NCBI GenBank assembly: GCA_964016885.1
Contig: OZ024740.1
Location: forward strand, 267,096,001-267,160,000
Reading direction: 5' to 3'
Source: Eledone cirrhosa
Lineage: Eukaryota
Length of the DNA stretch: 64,000 nucleotides
The notes beneath the pieces were generated by a model that had not been told where the DNA came from, did not search any database, and was given only the letters and a program-made list of their open reading frames with translations. Of this stretch, positions 54,785-64,000 are shown in pieces (position 1 is the first letter of the stretch; every line of letters starts with the position of its first letter). Made by a program: the position numbers and the translations under genes.

Positions 54785-55090
54785 AGAGGGTTGGACGCCA
54801 TGCTTTCTAGCATAGTTACGTCCCTTTACGGTTTGAGTTCAAATCCCGTCGAGGTTAACTTTGCCTTTCATCCTTACGGGGTCGATAAAATAAAGTACCA
54901 GTAATGTACTGAGAACAGTATCAGTAGATTGTTGGACGCCATGCTTTCTAGCATAGTTACGTCCCTTTATGGTTTGAGTTCAAATCCCGTCGAGGTTAAC
55001 TTTGCTTTTCATCCTTACGGGGTCGATAAAATAAAGTACCAGTAATGTATTGGGCAATTGCTGGCCTTGTGCCAAAAGTAGCAACAATTA
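54785..55090 (+). mobile_element. tandemly duplicated SINE
   Basis: two ~140-bp SINE bodies followed by one tail. Confidence 0.85.
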
Positions 55091-55306
55091 TTTTCATTAC
55101 GACATTCCTTACAAAGTGGTGTTACGTTAAATGATATTTCAGTGTCGGCTTTTTAGAACTAATTGAAACAGTTGGGTAAAGATGAAGAAAAACTCTAATT
55201 CTACCTAATGAAGCATGAATCGATTATTTCTACTTAATATCGATCACACTGGTATTTAACAGCTAAATAGCTAAAACAAAAGTAACAAAATCATGTACAC
55301 ACACAT

Positions 55307-55386
<80 letters not shown>

Positions 55387-55431
55387 ACACACACATACAC
55401 ACACACATATATATATATATATGATCTGTGA

Positions 55432-55478
<47 letters not shown>

Positions 55479-55595
55479 TGTGGGTGTGTGTGGGGGGGGG
55501 GGGGTGCGCGCGCGTGTATGAGTGTGAGCATCTCTCTCTCTGTGTATGTATCTCTATATATATATATACAATTATACATACATATATGTATATAT

Positions 55596-55675
<80 letters not shown>

Positions 55676-55745
55676 GTAGGAATGCATGCGTTTGTATGCA
55701 TATATAAATATATATATATATATGCATGTATGTATGCATGTATGC

Positions 55746-55786
<41 letters not shown>

Positions 55787-55979
55787 CGTATATATGTTTG
55801 TATGTAGGCAAGCATGCAAGTATGTATGTATTTAGGCATTTATATACGTATGTATGATTACATGTATAACACAGTGTTGTTACTATTTTTTTATGATTTA
55901 TTCACCTGTAAATCATCTTTGTAAAAAAGCAGCCGACATTGAACTGCACAAGAGAATTCTTGCTGTTGTTGTTGTTGCA

Positions 55980-56014
<35 letters not shown>

Positions 56015-56195
56015 ATATCTTCCCGTCGTTTTCCTTTTGCATGGAAAGCATATAACAAAGAGTTAAACAAGAAATTTATAAATAATGATAAAAGGTGGAA
56101 GTCAAACGAAAGAAAAAAATATAAAAAACAGTTGATTATTTTTTTATTTTTGAAGTTTATTGCAGCGATCTGATTTTCTTCACGTCACCGGGAAC

Positions 56196-56273
<78 letters not shown>

Positions 56274-56288
56274 GTGTGTATCTGTGTA

Positions 56289-56330
<42 letters not shown>

Positions 56331-56335
56331 AAGTT

Positions 56336-56369
<34 letters not shown>

Positions 56370-56603
56370 CACATATATACATATATATATATATATATAT
56401 ATTTACATATATATTTATGTCTGTGTGTCTGTATGTATATACATATATGTATGTATGCATGTATATATGTATGTATGTATGTATGTATGTACGTGTCACA
56501 TTGATGATCATCACCAGATGTTTTCTATCTATCTATTGATCTATCGATCTATTTGTCTGTCTTTCTACCTACCTACATACCGGCCTATCTATCTATCTGT
56601 CAA

Positions 56604-56682
<79 letters not shown>

Positions 56683-57018
56683 TCTCTCTCGCTCTCCCCT
56701 CTCTCTCTATATATATAATTATCTCGGTCCTTATGTACCTACCTACCTATTTACCAGCCGCCTACGCAGTCAATTACAATTCACATAAAAACAAAACAAA
56801 TTCCTCCCACCCCCAACCCTACTACCGCCACCACCACAAAAGAATTTCAACTTTGATATTACGTTTTTCAACTTGTCTACTACATAGAATAACAGCAATC
56901 ACTACTACCACCACCACCAACCTGCACATACAGCCACCTGGACGACGACCACCACCACCACCACCACTTGTACAACAAAAGCAACAACAACGAAAACGAC
57001 CCAGTAAATGTGTACTTA

Positions 57019-57244
57019 GCGTATACACTCGAATATAAGTCGATCTGAATATAAGTCGACCCCTATTTTAAATCTGAAAAATCCTCAAAAGCAAACCAAA
57101 TTTATAAGCCGAGGCAGCTAATCAATACATTGTTTAGATGGCGTATATAAGACCCCCTCCTCTCCCCATTTTACCATCGATTTTTTGGATGGGAGGCGGG
57201 AGGGGGTCAAATATTCCTCGACTTATATTCGAGTATATATGGTA
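57019..57244. mobile_element. pogo/Tc2-like MITE
   Basis: TIR CGTATACACTCGAATATAAGTCGA / TCGACTTATATTCGAGTATATATG. Confidence 0.8.
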
Positions 57245-57499
57245 TGTCTTGACTTAATAGAAAAGGGAAATTTCTACAAAACCTGTAATGGAGCGGAGCC
57301 TCTATGTGGTTATTCCACCTGCTTGAAATAGTAGCTACACCCCCTTCATTTCATATCTGAAATAATGAAAGAGCTATTTATATGATGTCCATGAGATCCT
57401 TAAAAATACACACACACACACACACATACAAACATACACACATAACGTGCATACACACGCATATATATATATATATGTGTGTGTGTGTGTATATATATA

Positions 57500-57564
<65 letters not shown>

Positions 57565-58591
57565 GCTAACTAACAGACACATATGCAAATTCACACTTAC
57601 ACACACACACCAACTCTGCTGGCGCTGCTTACCATTATTCAACCAACAATCCATCTCCTCTTTCCTATACAGAAAACAACCTACATACCTAACAACCCAC
57701 TTCCTTCCTCGATTATCGAAAATGACCCATGTATAGCAGCGCACGACGGATATATTTTTCTTCACTTCCTTGATAAAGAGATCAAACTCAAAATCTCGGT
57801 AATTTTCCAAACAGTATCGTACATTTAAACACCATATTCCCTCTTGATTACTTCTTGTCGTCGCAGATCGTGACGAGTTTCCTCCTGTTCTAGATTTAAT
57901 CTGCTTTTATTAACAGTTTGGTGTTTAATGTAAGACAGACAAGAAACTAGCTACGACATAATCTCAACAATATACAAAGAAGAGGACCACTTTAATGTTG
58001 CTTTTTAATCAAAACAAATAACTTGATTATTAACTGCAGCCTTGTGCAACGTAAAATAATTGTTTCTAACATAAGCACTAAATGATATAAACCATTGTGT
58101 CCGATGCTCTTAAGATTCCACCAATCCACTGCTCTGTGCATAATAATTCTTTCTAGCATTGGCACATAAGGCCAACTATTTGGGGGAAAGGGAAAAACGA
58201 TTATACTTAAAAGATACTTTATTTCACTGATCCCTGAAGGAAGAAAGGCAAAGTTGATCTTTGCGGGATTTAAGATTAGAACCTCGGAAGGAAATGCCAC
58301 AAAGTAATTTGTGCGTCCCTCTACTGATATTGCCAAAATACCACCCTTTATAATAATTCTTTCTAGCATTGGTACAAGACAAGAAATTAGAGGAAATGGG
58401 AAAGTCGATTGTATTGACTCAAGCACTTGGTTGGTGATTTATTTTACCGGCTCTTGAAGGATAAAAAGCAAAGTTGATCAAGGTGAAATTTCATCTTAGA
58501 ACGTAAAGAGCCGGAAAAATGCCGCAAAGCATTTTACTTGACACTATATTAACTTTGCTAATTCGCCGTTCTTAGGAAAATGTTATTATTA

Positions 58592-58770
58592 TTGGCAGTA
58601 TCGGTAGAGGGTCAGACGCCATGCTTTGCAGCAGAGTTACGTCCCTTTACGGACTGAGCTCAAATCCCGCCGAGGTTAACATTGCCTTTCATTCTTACGG
58701 GGTCGATAAAATAAAGTACCAGTAATGTACTGAGTAATTGCTGGCCTTGTGCTAAAAGTAGAAACAATTG
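58592..58770 (+). mobile_element. SINE
   Basis: same consensus as 43316. Confidence 0.85.
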
Positions 58771-59211
58771 TTATTATTTTTTTGTTGTTGTTTTTGTTTT
58801 CGAACATGAGGAGAACCCGCAATCTTCTAATTCGATGTCATATTCTTTGTTCAAACCTAAGTTGCTTTGAAAAGTACGTATTTATTGAAAATTTATTAAG
58901 ATCTATTAAATATATAAATTCTTTTGATATTCTAATATCTACACAGGCGGCACTGAGAGAGTCAAGAAGTGAAAATGTAGAAAGCGCTACATACAATTGT
59001 TTATGAGAAATAATATTTGTTCGCTTCTCTTGGCTTTTCCATTGTGTCTATGCTGTTAAAATTATTGAGAATATGTTGAAAGAAACATGCTTATAGCAAA
59101 CACGTTAAAAAATGTTAACAATGGAACGAAATCAAACACATAATCTATCTCTAACATTATTATTCGGCTCCCGTATGACTAGGTAGGTAATACTTTAACG
59201 AACATGTATAT

Positions 59212-59488
59212 CAGTCATGGTCAACCTGCGGCCCGCGAAGCTTTCTGAATGGCTCCCCTAAGTCACCTAAGTGAAATCTTTCTGAATTTTTTTACCCCAA
59301 CTTTTCAGTCGTAATTTATCTTTCTACCATTTTTACGATCGAGGAAAACGCATCAAATTAAAACAACCTGAGTTACCGGTCTTTTTTTTTTTAAATGTAG
59401 GCACGAAAGTAATTTAGCGCTTGCGACCCGCCTGATGATGAGCCATATCTCATGCGGCCCACTTCTCGAAAAGGGTTTCCCATGCCTG
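59212..59488. mobile_element. hAT (Charlie-like) MITE
   Basis: CAGTCATGG..AACC / GGTT..CCATGCCTG termini, GCGGCCC repeats, 8-bp TSD atgtatat/atttatat. Confidence 0.8.
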
Positions 59489-59635
59489 ATTTATATACTC
59501 TACTATGTTCTTATCTTAATATCAGAGAAAAACTTACATATGGTTTGACGTATAATAGTTGACTCTCAGAGGTATTGATTCTAAGAAACAAAACATATAT
59601 TCTAAGAAACATATATTCTAAGAAACAAAACACTC

Positions 59636-59837
<202 letters not shown>

Positions 59838-59976
59838 ATAGAGTGTGGTAATATAAAGGAGTCGTGACCCAGATGGCTTAGCTCTTGCCGTTTCAACAGT
59901 TAGTTCGGAACTAGCTGTTGAAATGGTAGGAGCTCAGCCGTCGGCGTCCCGACTCCTTCATCGGCGTCCCGACTCC

Positions 59977-60010
<34 letters not shown>

Positions 60011-60011
<1 letters not shown>

Positions 60012-60654
60012 CAACTAGAAATTGATTAACATATAAATAAACATATGAAACAATCACAGGGAATAATTTTTACAAGTGTGTAAGCACACATAGCTAGGTA
60101 GGTAACTAAATAAAGTTAACTAGAACTTCAAAAATAGATACCTTATAATATGATTAATCTTCCTTGTATATATTCCATTAAAGAAATATATTTCACCAAT
60201 TAATCGAATGGTAAACCCCACGGAGGCCGATACTTGGATTTTCAACAAGGAAGAAGTCCAGCCATCTGTGTTTACGCATTAAGTTCAAATTGTTTACGCA
60301 TTAAGTTCAACACGTGCTGTATCTACTAAAAATACACACATCATACCAGCTTCATCCCAGTGGCATGAATAGGGTTATCGACAACTAGAAACAGCAGTCA
60401 AGTCCTTTCAACAGAGTTAGCTCTACAATTAAGGAGCCGTATTTATATATCTATATCCAAAATTAAGATAAATCAAAGTGAATTTAATCTAAATCAAAAT
60501 TATGGGTGTCATGCCAGAAAGGCATGCGCCATATCACCCGTAAAATAAGCTCAAAGATTCTAATGAATAGGTCCGAGCATTTTATAACAACTAGAAATTG
60601 ATTAACATATAAATAAACATATGAAACAATCACAGGGGATAATTTTTACAATTT

Positions 60655-60656
<2 letters not shown>
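60011..60656 (-). mobile_element. PLE-end family copy as a partial tandem repeat
   Basis: near-identical to 9808-10072 and 10906-11064; 60011-60074 is repeated at 60587-60651. Confidence 0.8.
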
Positions 60657-60699
<43 letters not shown>

Positions 60700-62007
60700 T
60701 TTTATTAAGGCTAAATAGTGAGTATTGTTGCTCTGGAGTTTCGCTTGCTTCACAGTGATAAACTCAGAAGAAAGTTCACTAATTTGATGCCTTTTGTATT
60801 CTGGAGGTATGGTCACATTTGGGCATTGAGAACTTGGGTAGCGCTTATAAACATAGATAATATAATATAATTTAATATAATATAATATAATTGTTTCTAC
60901 TTTTGGCACAAGGCCACCAATTATCCCAGTGTATTACTGGTACTTTATTTTATATATCACTTAATTTAAAATAATTATTTATCAATCAAACGTCTTACGA
61001 ATGATATACGTTGCGTATATAACTGATTATGCGTTTCATTGTTAAAGTGATATCTACGTTATAATCATCATCGCCATCACTGTGTTTTTGCATAATATCT
61101 AAAGCTGGTGATGTAATAGAGACATTAGCTGTTTACAGCCTATGGTAAATTTATATGACACCTTCATTTATATGACACTTTTTTTAGTATTCGAACAGTT
61201 CAAAGTAATGTTGTTTTTGCAAATGTTCTACCTACCCACTGATGTTAACTCCTGTTCTTTATACGTCATTTTCTATTTGTTGACTGACAATACCTAATGC
61301 ACCTACAATAATTGGCATCACTTCTACATTCTGAGTATTCAAGCTGTTCCAAGTAACGTTATCTTCTGCAGATATCCAACCATAAACCTTGATGGTAACC
61401 ACTGTTCATTCTATGTAGTTTTTTATTTGTTGACTTGTAATACCTAGTGCATAGGCGGCAAATTGGCAGAGACGTTAAGACGTCGGATAGAATGCTTTAC
61501 AGTATTCGTCCCACTTCATAGCGCGCTCTGAGTTCAAATCCCGCTGTAGTCAACTTTGTCTTTCATCCTTTCGAGATCGATTCCAGTACTGGGGTGGATT
61601 CTTCATCGATAGAAAACATCGGCTGTGTTCAGACATGGAGAAGGTTGGGCTCTGCCAGGTTTAAAAGTACTCTAGATTCACCGTTTGACGGTGCCTCTAC
61701 GACTCCACAAGGAGTTGTGGGATCTTTACCCTTTATCCATTTTAATACCTAGTGCAGCCACAAGAAACGGCATCACTTATCATTCTTCATTGACCTTAGG
61801 TGTCTTATCTCCCAAGCTAGCTTTTCATATCTTTACTTTTTCTTGCTTTCTTTGTTGCAAACCTTGTCTGCGGGGTAGGCTACATCCAAGATACGACATT
61901 GTTTGCTGGTTTTCTCTTTCACCATATCTGGTTTTCCATATTGTAATTCCTACTAAATTTGAAAATGCTCAATGAAGAAGGTAGAAGTGATTCTGATTGT
62001 TGTAGAT

Positions 62008-62319
62008 CAGGGGCGTGCAATAGGCGGCCCGCTAGTCACGATCCGGCCCGCCAGACCAGTCAGAGTGGCCCGCGATAACCGTTTAGTAATTTTACCTTGT
62101 AGGGTTATTTAGAATTTTTTTCGCAACCATAATACAATTTTCTGTTGGTTGACCTATACTAAAGGGCTTCACTGATAGGGTTATGTGTGTTATACTTTCC
62201 CTGTTATGGAAAGGAGTTGTGGTGAGGTTTTGGAATAGTACTTAATAAATATTAATGGCCCTAATAGTTGTACCAATGTTCAAAAGTGGCCCGCCAATGG
62301 AATATGTTGCACACCCCTG
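62008..62319. mobile_element. hAT (Charlie-like) MITE
   Basis: TIR CAGGGGCGTGCAA / TTGCACACCCCTG, TSD ttgtagat/gtgtagat, GGCCCGC repeats. Confidence 0.88.
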
Positions 62320-62688
62320 GTGTAGATGCACAAGGTACAGTCAGTCAACAGATATAAAATATATTATTATTTTTGTTTTATAATGTCCACGATAGCGGTC
62401 TTATGTATCATAACGCTGTTTACTTCTTTTCAGTTTGCATCTAATACCTTTCGTAAAGTAAACGGAAAAACAACTCAGCAAACGGTACAGTACAATAAAA
62501 AATATATTAATTTGACTCTTGGTGTTGTAGAAAAAGAGTTTTAACGTTTCGGACGTTAGTCCTTTATCGGAAGATAGAATGAGAAATAAAAGTAGAAATA
62601 TGGAGAATAGTAAGAACAGGAAGCAATGGAAGATAAATGTTGAGAGTAAAAGCACGTGTATGTTCAGTCAGTCATTTTCGGAAAAAAC

Positions 62689-62768
<80 letters not shown>

Positions 62769-62930
62769 GTATAATTGTTTTTCCGAAAATGAGAGATATA
62801 GAGAAGGAGAGTTACTGCAGAGGATGTTATAAATACCAGTCTAGTGAAAATATTTAAATATTAACTGAATGAATACTTAATACACTTGAGCAGAGTCTAA
62901 AATATATTTTCCGTAGAGAAATTTGGCTGT

Positions 62931-62969
<39 letters not shown>

Positions 62970-63164
62970 AGTATAATAATTGTTTCTACTTTTGGCACAA
63001 GGCCACCAATTACCTAGTGCATTACTGGTACTTTATTTTATCGACCCCGTAAGTATAATAATAACTGAAGCTTCGAAGTCAAGGCCCTATATATATATCT
63101 GTATGAATGTTTGTGTATGTGTATATATATATTGTATACACACGCACACACACACATGCGCGCG

Positions 63165-63245
<81 letters not shown>

Positions 63246-63925
63246 TATATTGAAAATTAACAAATTTAAATAAGTAAGTAATGGAAAAAATAAGCACACG
63301 AACAGCCCTTATCAGCAGCTATAATTTATAACTAATTCCAATATCAGACAAGTTAGCTCTCCAATATAGAATGTCATTTTAAATTAAACCTTTCATCATT
63401 CGTCGATATTACATCAGGTTGGTCAAAGAAGAAGGCTTCCATCTCATCCTCTTGATGAATATATCGGTTTTGTTGATTAACCCTTTAGCATTTAAACCGG
63501 CCATATCCGGCCAGAATTCTGTCACCTCTTTCTGTTCAAACCGGCTATAACCGACCACTCATACTGATGTTAAGGTATTGTTCTAAAAATAAATAATATC
63601 AAAAGTTCATAGATTCAGTATTATGTGAGATGATTATGTGAGATAAAGCCGTTACTGTGAAAATATAATAGTAAATATTGAGTAATGTAAAGGCTAAAGG
63701 GTTAAAGTTTTTAGGTCAGTCTTTTTGGTGGAATGAGGATATTCGTCATGGAAGTGACGATGTACAGTTTGGTTATCATGGTTCCACCTCGATGGTTGTA
63801 AAGGGCCCGGTTGGGTGTTGGATAATATCTGGGTTTCCGAATTATGTCGGGGATGGGGTTACCACAGTTAAACAAGGTACTCAATACGTTGGTGGAGTCT
63901 AGGCAACTTTATTATATATAGAAAT

Positions 63926-63977
63926 GACTTCTACGAGACTTGAACTGTTTCATTCGTATGAAATCATCAGGAATGTC
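63926..63977 (-). ncRNA. hammerhead-like motif, relative of 42748-42797
   Basis: CTGATGA-T-TTC atac GAA-T-GAAAC agttcaa GTC. Confidence 0.6.
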
Positions 63978-64000
63978 AGATAAAGTTGGTCAGTTCTTGT

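Noticed and set aside
53466-54786. Long poly-Cys, poly-Leu and poly-Val ORFs
   Set aside because: Translations of a stop-free (GTT/GCT)n tract; no coding complexity or splice evidence
60500-60600. H/ACA snoRNA or pistol ribozyme interpretation
   Set aside because: Hairpins are too short for H/ACA and the pistol pseudoknot and GU site are missing; kept only as an unassigned structure
63678-63902. Possible PLE coding fragment next to the terminal HHR motif
   Set aside because: No recognisable motif could be read in any frame

Overview
AT-rich, microsatellite-laden animal genomic DNA. The SINE families and repeat landscape resemble an octopus or other coleoid cephalopod (inference). Main content: (1) the last eight coding exons (9652-30548, + strand) of an SLC6 GABA-transporter (GAT-1-like) gene. 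(2) A ~7.6 kb tandem array (unit ~1664 bp) of tRNA-Val genes and pseudogenes, apparently inside an upstream intron of that gene. One Val body carries TAC, AAC, CAC or AGC anticodons, and most units carry a captured 3' piece of a CRE-like RLE retrotransposon. (3) Several decayed Penelope-like elements (PLEs), plus a dense set of non-coding (TA)n-flanked palindromes whose arms carry minimal hammerhead-ribozyme (HHR) motifs. (4) R4/Dong-like fragments stacked in a (TACA)n tract, RTE-like LINE fragments, many tRNA-derived SINEs, hAT and pogo-like MITEs, and a 1.9 kb (GTT/GCT)n tract. Most ORFs in the supplied track are microsatellite artefacts. Coordinates were read by eye, and repeat boundaries are approximate.
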